Assembly: GCA_036002405.1 (NCBI GenBank)
Contig: DASYTK010000040.1
Location: forward strand, 1,299-65,298
DNA length: 64,000 nucleotides
Direction: 5' to 3'
Origin: Candidatus Limnocylindrales bacterium
Lineage (GTDB): Bacteria > Chloroflexota > Limnocylindria > Limnocylindrales > CSP1-4
Shown: positions 16,863 through 26,591 of the stretch, piece after piece
How the letters are laid out: each line of letters begins with the position of its first letter
Numbering within the stretch: the first letter of the stretch is position 1
Translations under genes and position numbers: made by a program
The notes under the pieces: generated by a model
What the model was told of the DNA's origin: nothing
The model's input: only the letters and a program-made list of their open reading frames with translations
Databases searched by the model: none

Positions 16863-18140
16863 TCACTGCCGGCACTCGCCCCGGCCGATTCGGCGCGCGG
16901 GTCCACGAAACACGGCGTAGACGAGCAGGTCGTAGGCGATCTTCAGGCCGCCAGCGACGACGAACGGGACTCCGGCCAGCCCCGGTGTGCCGATGAGCGG
17001 CGCCGAGAGCACCGGGGCAAGGCTCGCTCCGATGCTCCGCGCGACGCCCGCGATTCCCGCCGCAGCCGAGCGCTCGTCCGGGTCCACGAGCCCGATCGTC
17101 AGTGCCTGGCGAGTGGGAACGTCCATCTGCGAGATCGAGAACCGGGCCAGGAGGACGGCCGCCGCCAGCGGTAGCGTCGGCATGAAGGGGACAAGGATGA
17201 GCAGGACGTTCGAGGGCAGATGCGTCACGACCATCGTCTCGACGAGCCCGATTTTTTCGGCCAGCCTCGCGGCGGCGAGCGCGGAGACGGCGGCGAGGAG
17301 GTTCGCGGCGAAGAACAGGAGGCCGAGCACCGCGGGATCCGCGCCGAAGCGCACGTGGAACCAGTAGACGAGCAGGCTCTGCATCACGAAGCCGCCCGCG
17401 AATGCATCGAGCGAGAAGAGCGCGGCGAGGCGGGCGACGATCCCCTGGGAGCGACGGAGCCCGAAGCGCGTCGCCGGCCCACCGGCGAGCCGCGTCTCGG
17501 CCGCCGGCGAGAGGCGCATGAAGATCACGGCGAGCAGCAGCCCGACGAGGGCATAGCCGACGATCACGAGCCGATAGGCGTCGGCGGGGGCACGTCCCGA
17601 CTCGAGCGCAAGGCCCGCCGCGAGCCCGCCGGTGCCGACGCCGACCGCCGTCGCGACCGATCCCACGAGGTTGTACCAACCGAACACGCGCGTCCGCCGT
17701 CCCGCCGGCAGCGCCTCGGAGAGCGCCGCCTGCTCGACGGCCAGGAATGGCCCGACCTCGTTCCCGCTGGGACTGATCACGCCGATCGTGGCCGCGACGA
17801 TCAGGACAGGGAGCGAGGTCGCGGCCGCGAAGGCGACGCCCGCGCCGGCCATCAGGAGGGCCCCGATCACGAGGATCCGGCGGCGCCCCAGGCGATCGGC
17901 CGCGGTCGTGAGCCACAGCGAGACCGCCACGTCGCCCACGAGCGTCAGCGTCAGAAGCGCGCCGATCTCGAGATCGCTCCGCCCGATCGCCACCAGGTAG
18001 AGGACGAGGACGACCGAGAGCGCGCCGTAGCCGGCCATCCGCGCCGCCCGGGCGGCGAAGAGCAACGCTCGATCGTGCGTCGGCCGCGACGCCTCCGGGC
18101 CGTTCAGACCGACGCCGGCTGACGGCTCGAGGTCAGCCAT
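16863..18140 (-). CDS. MFS transporter
   Basis: 425 aa and about 12 TM. It carries the motif AADRLGRRRILVIGALLMAG. The annotated start overlaps the carB 3' end by 37 nt, so the start is uncertain. Confidence 0.8.
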   Translation of the reverse strand: MADLEPSAGVGLNGPEASRPTHDRALLFAARAARMAGYGALSVVLVLYLVAIGRSDLEIGALLTLTLVGDVAVSLWLTTAADRLGRRRILVIGALLMAGAGVAFAAATSLPVLIVAATIGVISPSGNEVGPFLAVEQAALSEALPAGRRTRVFGWYNLVGSVATAVGVGTGGLAAGLALESGRAPADAYRLVIVGYALVGLLLAVIFMRLSPAAETRLAGGPATRFGLRRSQGIVARLAALFSLDAFAGGFVMQSLLVYWFHVRFGADPAVLGLLFFAANLLAAVSALAAARLAEKIGLVETMVVTHLPSNVLLILVPFMPTLPLAAAVLLARFSISQMDVPTRQALTIGLVDPDERSAAAGIAGVARSIGASLAPVLSAPLIGTPGLAGVPFVVAGGLKIAYDLLVYAVFRGPARRIGRGECRQ

Positions 18141-21100
18141 TCGCCGAGCGACCTGATCTCGCCGAGTCGGGCGCGGACCAGCGGGTCGAGCGACTCGGCG
18201 GCGGCGATCGCCGTCTCGATCGCGGTGAGGCAGAGGATCCCCTCCGCCAGTGCCGCGGCACGGATCTCGGACGCGTCCCGCACGGGGCCGGGCTCTGGCG
18301 ACGGCGTGTTGACGACGAGGCGCACCTCTGTCGATCCGATCGTCTCCACGATTCCCGGCCAGCCTCGTCCCTCATCACCAAGCTTCCCGACCTCGCGGAC
18401 CTCGTGGCCTAGCGCCGCCAGGCTCGCGGCGGTGCCGCGGGTCGCGGCGAGACGGTACCCGGCCGCGACGAGTGCCTCGGCGAGCCTGGGAAGTCCCCAC
18501 TTGTCGCGATCGGCGATCGAGAGGAGCGCGAGCGCGCCGTCGGGGCCGGGAAGCGGCGGGCGCAGCGAGGCGGCCACGAGCGCCTTGGCGAGCGCGACGC
18601 GGGCGTCCTCGTGGATCCCGATCACCTCGCCCGTCGAGCGCATCATCGGCCCCAGGGCGGGGTCCGCTCCCCGCAGCTTCTGGCCCGAGAAGACGGGTGC
18701 CTTGACGGCCGTGAACCGGGGTGGCTCGAGCAGGCCGCCCGACCAGCCGAGCTCGTCCAGCGAGGCACCCAGACAGATGCGGGTGGCGAGCGAAACCATC
18801 GGGACGCCGGTGACCTTCGAGAGGAAGGGCACCGTCCGGCTCGCGCGCGGGTTGGCCTCGATCAGGTAGACGCCGTCGTCCCGCACGATGAACTGGGCGT
18901 TCACGAGGCCGCGCACCCCGAGCTCGAGACACACCCGGCGCATCGATTCGACGACGAGCTCCTGGTCCGCCCGGCCGACCCTCCGGGGCGGGAAGATCCC
19001 GATCGAGTCGCCCGAGTGGACGCCGGCCTCCTCGACGTGCTCGATCAGCCCGGGGATGAGGACCTGCTCCCCGTCGGCGAGGGCGTCGACGTCGAGCTCG
19101 ACCCCTTCGAGGTACGCGTCGATGCGCACGGGACGGTCGGGCGTGACGATCGTCGCCGCGGCGAGCTGGGCGGCCAGGTCGTCCTCGCCGTAGGCGAAAT
19201 CGATCGCCAGCCCGCCGATCACGAAGCTGGGCCGGACGAGGACCGGGTAGCCGACCTCGCCGGCTACGGCGAAGGCCTCCTCGATCGAGCGGGCCATCCC
19301 GCCGCGCGGCTGGGGGATGCCGAGGCGATCGACGAGATCCGCGAAGCGACGGCGATCCTCCGCCAGATCGATCGTGCGGAGGTCGGTGCCCACGAGGGGG
19401 ATGCCTGCTGCGACGAGATTCGCCGCGAGGTTCAGCGGAGTCTGGCCGCCGAACTGGACGAAGGCGCCGGGCGCCGCCTCACCGGCGGGGGTCTCCGCCT
19501 CGGCCACGGCGATGACGCTCTCCGCGTCGAGCGGCTCGAAGTAGAGGCGCGAGCTGGCGTCGAAGTCGGTCGAGACGGTCTCGGGGTTCGAGTTCACCAT
19601 CACCGCCTGCCAGCCGGCCTCGCGCAGGGCATCGGCGGCCTGAACGGCGCAATAGTCGAACTCGATCCCCTGGCCGATCCGAACCGGTCCCGAGCCGATC
19701 ACGAGGCCGGCCGGGCGTTCCACGGGAGCGGCCTCGGGCGGCGAGCCCGCGGCCGCGTACGTGGAGTAGAAGTAGGGCGTCTCGGCCGCGAACTCGGCGG
19801 CGCACGTGTCGACCATCGCGAAGCCCGGCTCGAGACCGATCTGCCGCCGCTGATCGGCGATCCGCTCGATCGACCGTCCCGTGAGGGTCGCGATGTCGCG
19901 GTCGCCGAAGGCGGCGAGCTTCGCCTCGGTGAGCAGCAAGGTGGGCAGCGGCTCGTCTGGATCCGCCTCCGAGAGCCGGCCCTCGATCCCCACCAGTCGG
20001 TCCATCTCGGCGAGGAACCAGGGCGCGATCCCGGTCGCGGCCTGGAGGTCGGCCGCGACCACGCCACGGCGCAGCAACGCGAGAAGCCGCCACAGGCGCG
20101 AATCCGAGGGCGTCAGGAAATCGCGGAGGGCGGGCCGCCGAGCGTCGGGGCCGCCGGCGGCGAGGGCAGCCAGGTCGGACTGCCACTCGGGATCCTCGGC
20201 GAGCAACCCGCTCCCGGCCTGCTCGAGTCCCCGGAGCGCCTTGTTCAGCGCCGCCCCAAAGGTCCGGTCGATCGCCATCACCTCGCCTGTCGCCTTCATC
20301 TGCGAGCCCAGCGTCCGGTCGGCGCGAGGGAACTTGTCGAACGGGAAGCGAGGCAACTTCACGACGACGTAGTCGAGCGCCGGCTCGAACGCGGCGACGG
20401 TCGTCTTCGTGATCGCATTCGGGATCGAGGCCAGGCGCCGACCCACCGCGATCTGCGCCGCCACCCGCGCGATCGGATAGCCGGTCGCCTTCGAGGCGAG
20501 CGCGGACGAGCGGCTGACCCGCGGGTTCACTTCGATGACGGCGTATTCCGAACTGTCCGGCGAGAGCGCGACCTGGACGTTGCAGCCGCCCTCGACGCCG
20601 AGCGCCCGGATGATCGCGAGGGCGGCCGAACGCAGGCGCTGGTGAACCGGGTCGGACAGCGTCTGGACGGGCGCCACGACGATCGAGTCCCCCGTGTGGA
20701 CCCCGAGCGGGTCGACGTTCTCCATCGAGCAGACCGCGATGCAGGTGTCGTCCGCGTCGCGCATCACCTCGTACTCGATCTCCTGCCAGCCGGCGAGGAA
20801 GCGCTCCACGATCACCTGGCCGATCGGGCTCGCGCGGAGCCCCGCCCGGACGCGCTCGCCGTAGTCCGCTTCGGTCTGCGCGATCCCGCCGCCGGTGCCG
20901 CCAAGGGTGAAGGCCGGTCGGATAATCGCCGGGAGGCCGATCCGTTCGAGCGCTCGAGCGGCGGAATCCCTCCGGTCCGCCTCTGCCGAGCCCTGGACGA
21001 TCTCGGAGGCGGGGAAGGGCTGACCGATCGCGCGGAGAAGCTCACGGAAGCGTTCCCGATCCTCCGCGCTGCGGATCGCCTCGAGGGGCGTGCCCAGCAG

Positions 21101-21424
21101 CCGCAGGCCCGTCCGCTCGAGGAGGCCGGACTCGGCCAGCTCGAGACAGAGGTTCAACGCCGTCTGGCCGCCAAGCCCGGCAAGGATGCCGTCGGGTCGC
21201 TCGCGCTCGACGATCCGCTCCACCGAGTCGACCGTGAGCGGCTCGAGGTAGACGACGTCGGCCACGCCCGGGTCGGTCATGATCGTGGCCGGGTTCGAAT
21301 TCAGCAGGATCGTCCCGATCCCCTCCTCGCGGAGGGCCCGACAGGCCTGGGTACCGGCATAGTCGAACTCGGCCGCCTGCCCGATGACCACGGGCCCCGA
21401 GCCGACGATCAGGACGCGCTCGAT
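18104..21424 (-). CDS. carB: Carbamoyl-phosphate synthase large subunit
   Basis: The sequence carries duplicated ATP-grasp halves and an MGS-like C-terminus (VIGQAAEFDYAGTQA..., IGQGIEFDYCAVQA...). The track start (GTG 21391) cuts off the conserved RVLIVGSGP strand. The frame is open upstream to a TGA at 21458-21460 and contains no ATG, GTG or TTG. I therefore extended it to an ATC at 21424-21422, 6 nt after GAGGAGGGGAGG. Confidence 0.9.
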   Translation of the reverse strand: MERVLIVGSGPVVIGQAAEFDYAGTQACRALREEGIGTILLNSNPATIMTDPGVADVVYLEPLTVDSVERIVERERPDGILAGLGGQTALNLCLELAESGLLERTGLRLLGTPLEAIRSAEDRERFRELLRAIGQPFPASEIVQGSAEADRRDSAARALERIGLPAIIRPAFTLGGTGGGIAQTEADYGERVRAGLRASPIGQVIVERFLAGWQEIEYEVMRDADDTCIAVCSMENVDPLGVHTGDSIVVAPVQTLSDPVHQRLRSAALAIIRALGVEGGCNVQVALSPDSSEYAVIEVNPRVSRSSALASKATGYPIARVAAQIAVGRRLASIPNAITKTTVAAFEPALDYVVVKLPRFPFDKFPRADRTLGSQMKATGEVMAIDRTFGAALNKALRGLEQAGSGLLAEDPEWQSDLAALAAGGPDARRPALRDFLTPSDSRLWRLLALLRRGVVAADLQAATGIAPWFLAEMDRLVGIEGRLSEADPDEPLPTLLLTEAKLAAFGDRDIATLTGRSIERIADQRRQIGLEPGFAMVDTCAAEFAAETPYFYSTYAAAGSPPEAAPVERPAGLVIGSGPVRIGQGIEFDYCAVQAADALREAGWQAVMVNSNPETVSTDFDASSRLYFEPLDAESVIAVAEAETPAGEAAPGAFVQFGGQTPLNLAANLVAAGIPLVGTDLRTIDLAEDRRRFADLVDRLGIPQPRGGMARSIEEAFAVAGEVGYPVLVRPSFVIGGLAIDFAYGEDDLAAQLAAATIVTPDRPVRIDAYLEGVELDVDALADGEQVLIPGLIEHVEEAGVHSGDSIGIFPPRRVGRADQELVVESMRRVCLELGVRGLVNAQFIVRDDGVYLIEANPRASRTVPFLSKVTGVPMVSLATRICLGASLDELGWSGGLLEPPRFTAVKAPVFSGQKLRGADPALGPMMRSTGEVIGIHEDARVALAKALVAASLRPPLPGPDGALALLSIADRDKWGLPRLAEALVAAGYRLAATRGTAASLAALGHEVREVGKLGDEGRGWPGIVETIGSTEVRLVVNTPSPEPGPVRDASEIRAAALAEGILCLTAIETAIAAAESLDPLVRARLGEIRSLGEWLTSSRQPASV

Positions 21425-21516
21425 GGGTGTCCTCCCCTCCTCGGTCTCACGGGACCGTCACCCCGGCCTCCCGGGCCGGTCCGAAGGATCGGCCGAAGGG
21501 TAGCAAGTCCGACTCC

Positions 21517-23679
21517 TCAGCGTCCCCAGTCGATCGCGGAGATGAGGTCGATGTGGTCGTCCGTCCAGGGCCGCCGTCCCTCGCTGGCGGGCGAGTGCCA
21601 TCGCGAGTCGGAGCGGAGGCGATCGAGCGCGGCTTCCTCGCCCAGGACGAGCCAATGGGAGCCGTCCTCGTCGCCCGCGCGGGCCGGGTCGGTCGGATCG
21701 TCGCGAGCGAGCGCTCCCAGCCCAAGATCGCGGCCCGCCGCGGCCAGGACCGGCTCCAGCTGGACGTAGCGGTTCGAGATGTTCGCCGCGACGAGGCCTC
21801 CCGGCGCGAGGCGGGCGCGGTACGTCGCGAGAGCCTCGCGGGTGAGGAGGTGGACGGGGACGGCGTTGGAGCTGAATGCGTCGAGCACGACGAGGTCGGC
21901 GGCGCCGGGCGGCTGAGCTGCGAGGACGAGCCTGCCGTCGCCCACGAGCACGCGGCTCTGCGCCGGACAGGCCTGGAGCTCCCGGAAGTGGCGCGCGTCG
22001 CGGGCGATCGCGACGACCAGCGGATCGATCTCGACGAACGTGAACGAATCGGTCGCCCTGCCCAGGGCGGTCATCCCGCCGATGCCCAGCCCGATCACGT
22101 CGATCCGGAGCGCGAGACGCTCGGCCTGGAGTGCGGACAGGAGGTCCCCGATCGGCCCATGCCGGTGGTAGTAGCCCATCGGCACGCAGATCTCGCCCGG
22201 CCCTAGCCGGGCGATCCCCTGAACGGTCGAACCGCTCACGAGGGCGCGACGTCCCGCCGCGTCGTCGACGACCCGGTAGAGCCCATAGAACGAGCGCTCG
22301 GTCAGCCGCGCCGGAGGGAGGCCGACCTGCCCAACGAGCAGGAGTCCGGCCGCGGCGGCCGCGAAGGCCGACCGGTGATGGGCGAGGAGCATGGCCAGGG
22401 AGAGACAGAGCGCCGCCAGGAGCGCTCCCGGCTCCGGGCCGGTGTCGAGGGCGACAACGAGCAGCCCGAGGGGGGCCGCCGTCGATGCGACGAGGAGATA
22501 CGGTCGAGCCCGGGTGCCCGTGATCCGGAGCGCGGCCGCCGCCGCGGCGGCGAGCGGCAGCTCGACGAGTCCGTCGAACACGAGCGGAGCGACGAGCGCC
22601 GCCGCGATCCCGCCCAGGGCGCCGCCGGCCGCGATGACGAGGTAGTACCCGGTCAGGCGTTCGGGAGGGGGCCGCTCGGTCGCCAGCCGGGCGTGGAGGG
22701 CGGTGGCGAGGACGAACAGCGCCCCCAGGTGGATCCCAAGGACGAGCCAGAGCGGTCGCGCGATCGCGCCCACGAGGACCAGGGCGAGAAGGACGACCGC
22801 GACCGGCACCGCCGCGCCGGCCAGCCGGGCGGCCCGATCGGCCGCGCCCGGCGCGAATGCCACGACCCAGCTCAACAGGTAGAGCGCAAGCGGGAGGTCC
22901 CACAGGACGGGCGAAGCGGCAAGGTCGAGGGTGATCGCGGTCGTGACGGCGATCGCGAGTGCCGCCGGGACGGCGGCGAGGAGCATCCAGCGGAGCGCGG
23001 TGAGTGGCACCGGGAGGGAGGCCCGGGGCCGGCCGATCCGAGGGCGCTCCGCCGGCGCTCCGATTGCGGTCCCAGGGCGAGCGAGTGCGGCGGTGACGAC
23101 GGTCAGGCCGACGAACGCCGCGTAGCCGATCGACCAGGCCAGCCCCTGCGTGGAGAGGCCCGCGAGCGGCTCGACGACGAAGGGATAGGCCAGCAGGCCA
23201 CAGAGGCTGCCCGCATTGCCGGCCGCGTAGAACGCATACGGATCGGAGCCTTGGGGATGGCCGGACCCGGCGAACCAGCGCTGGAGTGTCGGGCCGGCCG
23301 TCGCGAGCGCGATCGGCAGGGGCCCGACGACCGCGAAGAGGCGAAGGGCGACGTCGAGGGCCGGCGTATCTCCGGGAGCCGCCGCGCCGACCGGTCGAAG
23401 TGGCAGCCAGAGGAGCGGCGCGCCGGCGATCGCCAGCTGGACGAGGACCTGCCCGGTCGGGGCAAGGAATCGCGCCGTGGCGTGGGCCAGCGCGTAGCCG
23501 AGGAGAAGCGCCACCTGATAGAAGACGAGGGCCGTGGCCCACACCGAGCTCGCGCCACCGAAGGCCGGCAGGAGCGCTCGTGCGCTGAGCGGCTGGACGA
23601 CGAACAGGAGCGCACCGGCGAGGAAGACCGCCGCACCGATCGCGACCGCGAGCGCGGCGTGCCGGTGGACAGGGTTCAC
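21517..23679 (-). CDS. Fused polytopic membrane domain / spermidine synthase-like (class I methyltransferase-fold) protein
   Basis: 720 aa. The N-terminal roughly 430 aa are polytopic. The C-terminal part carries VIGLGIGG...FVEIDP...DLVVLDAFSS, the aminopropyltransferase/SAM-fold signature. The GTG start overlaps the carA stop (GTGA). Confidence 0.75.
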   Translation of the reverse strand: MNPVHRHAALAVAIGAAVFLAGALLFVVQPLSARALLPAFGGASSVWATALVFYQVALLLGYALAHATARFLAPTGQVLVQLAIAGAPLLWLPLRPVGAAAPGDTPALDVALRLFAVVGPLPIALATAGPTLQRWFAGSGHPQGSDPYAFYAAGNAGSLCGLLAYPFVVEPLAGLSTQGLAWSIGYAAFVGLTVVTAALARPGTAIGAPAERPRIGRPRASLPVPLTALRWMLLAAVPAALAIAVTTAITLDLAASPVLWDLPLALYLLSWVVAFAPGAADRAARLAGAAVPVAVVLLALVLVGAIARPLWLVLGIHLGALFVLATALHARLATERPPPERLTGYYLVIAAGGALGGIAAALVAPLVFDGLVELPLAAAAAAALRITGTRARPYLLVASTAAPLGLLVVALDTGPEPGALLAALCLSLAMLLAHHRSAFAAAAAGLLLVGQVGLPPARLTERSFYGLYRVVDDAAGRRALVSGSTVQGIARLGPGEICVPMGYYHRHGPIGDLLSALQAERLALRIDVIGLGIGGMTALGRATDSFTFVEIDPLVVAIARDARHFRELQACPAQSRVLVGDGRLVLAAQPPGAADLVVLDAFSSNAVPVHLLTREALATYRARLAPGGLVAANISNRYVQLEPVLAAAGRDLGLGALARDDPTDPARAGDEDGSHWLVLGEEAALDRLRSDSRWHSPASEGRRPWTDDHIDLISAIDWGR

Positions 23680-24821
23680 ACCGGAGCGGCGGCCTCCCGA
23701 ACCCGCGCCGCGAAGCGGTCGAAGACCTCGGTCGCGTCGAGTGGCCCCGGCGATCCCTCCGGGTGGTACTGGACGGTCTCGATCGGCAGCTCCCGGTGGC
23801 GCAGCCCCTCCACCGAGCCGTCGTTGAGATTCCGCTGGCTGACGTAGAAGCCGCTGGCGGCGGCGAGCTCCCCGCCGACGACTTCTACCTCGTGGTTCTG
23901 CGCCGTGATCGTCACCCGGCCGGAGTCGACGTCCTCGACGGGATGATTCGCGCCGTGGTGGCCGAAGCGTAGCCGGCGCGTCTCGGCTCCTGCCGCGCGG
24001 GCGACGATCTGATGACCGAGGCAGATCCCGAGGAGTGGCCGCCCGTCCTGGATCGCAGCACGGGCGAGTGCGACCGGGTCCGCAAGTCGGGCCGGGTCGC
24101 CGGGTCCGGGCGAGAGGACGAGGCCGGCGAGGTCGGCCGCGAGGCAGACGTCGCTACCCGCCGTGTAGGGGAAGACCCGGACGCCCAGGCCTCGGGCCAC
24201 GAGAGCCCGAACGATGTTCGTCTTCAGCCCGTAGTCGACGACCCCCACTCGCGGCGCCGTGTCCTCGCCCACGTCATAGGGCTCCCTTGCCGACACCTGG
24301 TCCACGAAGTCCTGGTCTTCCCAGCGCGCGACGGCAGAGGCCGCCGCGATCGCCGCCTCGCGATCGACCGATCCGGGAGCGGTCAGGACGGCCCGCTGGC
24401 TGCCCGTCGAGCGGAGCCTGCGGGCGAGGGCCCGGGTATCGATCCCGGCGATCGCGGGCACCCCGTGGTCGCGGAGCAAATGGACGAGCTGATACGCGTC
24501 GTCCACGACGGCGGCCGTGCCGTGGGCCACGACGAGCCCCCTGAGCCACGGCCGGCTCGACTGGTCGTCGGCGAGCAGGCGCCCATGGTTTCCGATCAGC
24601 GGATAGGTCATCACGACGAGCTGACCGGCATAGGAGGGGTCGGTGCAGACCTCCTGGTAGCCGGTCTGGCTCGTATTGACGACCAGGTCGCCGCCGGATC
24701 CAACGGCTGCCCCGAAGGCGACGCCCTGGAAGACGGTCCCGTCCTCGAGGGCGAGGAGCGCGGGTCCGGTCGCTCCCAGGCGCGGGTCGACGACGGCCCC
24801 GACGGGGACCGGCAGGCTCAA
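23676..24821 (-). CDS. carA: Carbamoyl-phosphate synthase small (glutaminase) subunit
   Basis: 381 aa. GATase triad context LLGICLGHQIV...HHGANHPV. TTG start overlapping the upstream stop. Confidence 0.9.
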   Translation of the reverse strand: MSLPVPVGAVVDPRLGATGPALLALEDGTVFQGVAFGAAVGSGGDLVVNTSQTGYQEVCTDPSYAGQLVVMTYPLIGNHGRLLADDQSSRPWLRGLVVAHGTAAVVDDAYQLVHLLRDHGVPAIAGIDTRALARRLRSTGSQRAVLTAPGSVDREAAIAAASAVARWEDQDFVDQVSAREPYDVGEDTAPRVGVVDYGLKTNIVRALVARGLGVRVFPYTAGSDVCLAADLAGLVLSPGPGDPARLADPVALARAAIQDGRPLLGICLGHQIVARAAGAETRRLRFGHHGANHPVEDVDSGRVTITAQNHEVEVVGGELAAASGFYVSQRNLNDGSVEGLRHRELPIETVQYHPEGSPGPLDATEVFDRFAARVREAAAPV

Positions 24822-25357
24822 GCGCTCTCGCTCCGCTCGCCGGTCGTGGCCGACTCGGAGGGCTCCGAGGCCTCTGTCGAGGCGTAGCTACCGGCTTCGG
24901 TGGTCGCAGCCCTCGGAGCCTCGTCCTCGCTGGCAGCCAGCCCACCCGCGGCGGTGCCGGCGACTTCACCCCTGGTCGTCGCGCCGGCGTAGATCGTGTC
25001 GGCGCTGTCGAAGACGGGCGTGCCCGCGCTCGTGTACGCGGTGTCGGTAGAGCTCATCCCGGCGATCTTCTCGCGGGTTCGATCGGCCGCCGTCCCAAGC
25101 CGCTCAGCTGGCCGCTGGAACATCCGCATCACCCGGGCGCGCCGGTCGACGCCCGCCTCCGGGTCGAGCAGCCACATCGCCACGGCGCCCAGGATCAGCC
25201 CGCCGAGGAAGGCGATCGCCGCCGGCCGCGGGTCCGGGGGCGGTGGCTGGAAGCGTCGGCGGTTGAGCTCGATGTACTCGCGAACCTGGTCCCGCACCTG
25301 GTGGGCGATGCGCTCGGGATCCGCCTCCGTCAGGCGGCGCAGCCGCTCGAGGTCCAT
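24818..25357 (-). CDS. Hypothetical single-pass membrane protein
   Basis: Start set at the second ATG (MDLERL), which is preceded by AGGAGGA at 7 nt. One TM (AIAFLGGLILGAVAMWLL). The C-terminus is Ala/Thr/Ser/Glu-rich. Confidence 0.55.
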   Translation of the reverse strand: MDLERLRRLTEADPERIAHQVRDQVREYIELNRRRFQPPPPDPRPAAIAFLGGLILGAVAMWLLDPEAGVDRRARVMRMFQRPAERLGTAADRTREKIAGMSSTDTAYTSAGTPVFDSADTIYAGATTRGEVAGTAAGGLAASEDEAPRAATTEAGSYASTEASEPSESATTGERSESA

Positions 25358-25615
25358 CTCACGTCCTCCTGGCATCGTGGTCAGGCGATCGTCGCACTCG
25401 GCGTCGTTCCAGGGCGGCGGTCTGTGTGCCTCGAAGATAGCGATTCCATGCCAAGCCGGTGGTCTCGGGGTCCGGACCCCCCGGTACCGTCGTCCGCTGG
25501 CGTGGTTGACCTGGGCGGCTATCCTGTCCGGGCTGCGGGAGTGGTGCCCGCAGGCACAGCCGCCGGCGGACGATGCCGGCGCTCAAGGACGGCTCCGGGA
25601 GGTCGCGAAAGACCG

Positions 25616-26587
25616 ATGGCGCGCTCGATGTGGCGGGGGGCGATCCAGTTCGGGTTGGTGACGATCCCCGTCCGGTTGTACCTCGCGACCGAGGCGAACG
25701 CCGGGCTCAGCTTCAACCTGCTCCACAAGACCTGCCTGAACCGGATCCAGATGAAGATGTACTGCCCCTACCACGAGGAGTACATCAACCGCGCGGACAC
25801 CGTTCGGGGCTTCGAGTGGTCGAAGGGCGAGTACGTGATCATCACCGACGAAGACCTCGAATCCGTCCCGCTCAAGACGGTCCGCTCGATCGAGATCGAG
25901 TTGTTCGTCGACGCGCGGAAGGATTCGCACGGCGCGCAGTTCGTCAAGCAGGCCTACTACCTCGAGCCCGAGCCGGTCGGCCGGAAGGCCTTCTATCTCC
26001 TGAAGTCGGTCCTGGGCGAGAAGGGCCTCTCGGCGATCTGCAAGGTCGTCATCAAGGACCGCGAGCATCTCGCCGCCCTGAATCCCTACTCCTCGACGAT
26101 GCTCCTCACGAGCCTCTACTGGCCCGACGAGGTCCGCTCGATCGACGAGCTCGAGCTACCCGAGGAACAGCAGGAGTTCCGGGCGGCCGAGCGCAAGATG
26201 GCCGAGCAGCTCGTGGCCGCGATGACCGGCGATTTCACCGCCGACGACTACAAGGACGACTACCGCCAGGCTCTCCTCGCCGTTCTGGAGGCGAAGATCG
26301 CCGGTCGAGCGCCACGCGCCGCCGAGCCCGAGAAGCCGGCCACGAAGCTCGTCGACCTGATGACCGTCCTCGAGGCCAGCGTCGAGGCCGCGAAGGGATC
26401 CCGTCGCGCTCGACCGGCCGAGGCTGCGGCCGATGCGGAGGAGCCCCTCGCCGTCGCAGCGAGTGGCCGACGCGGTCGCGGACGGGCCCAGCCGACGCCC
26501 TCGACGGCTCCCACGAACGGACGCCGCCGGCGAGGAAGCGCGGCTGAGGAGGCCGCCCCGCCGCAGCGGAAGCGAAAGACCGCCTGA
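25616..26587 (+). CDS. ku: Ku protein (NHEJ DNA end-binding)
   Basis: MARSMWRGAIQFGLVTIPVRLYLATE... is the canonical bacterial Ku N-terminus. The tail is Arg/Lys-rich and ends ...QRKRKTA. The ATG at 25616 has GGGAGG upstream. The track ORF start at 25301 was rejected. Confidence 0.9.
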   Translation: MARSMWRGAIQFGLVTIPVRLYLATEANAGLSFNLLHKTCLNRIQMKMYCPYHEEYINRADTVRGFEWSKGEYVIITDEDLESVPLKTVRSIEIELFVDARKDSHGAQFVKQAYYLEPEPVGRKAFYLLKSVLGEKGLSAICKVVIKDREHLAALNPYSSTMLLTSLYWPDEVRSIDELELPEEQQEFRAAERKMAEQLVAAMTGDFTADDYKDDYRQALLAVLEAKIAGRAPRAAEPEKPATKLVDLMTVLEASVEAAKGSRRARPAEAAADAEEPLAVAASGRRGRGRAQPTPSTAPTNGRRRRGSAAEEAAPPQRKRKTA

Positions 26588-26591
26588 GCGC

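Noticed and set aside
25301-25615. N-terminal extensions of track ORFs: Ku from 25301, permease from 55101, paralog 2 from 61651, oxidoreductase from 63971, anti-sigma from 11420, ABC-2 permease from 48304, CmpB-like from 36665
   Set aside because: The extensions overlap neighbouring genes or promoter regions and are Arg/Pro-rich. Internal starts give canonical N-termini (MARSMWRG for Ku, VVVGGGPNG for the oxidoreductase) with an RBS or with 4-nt start/stop coupling.
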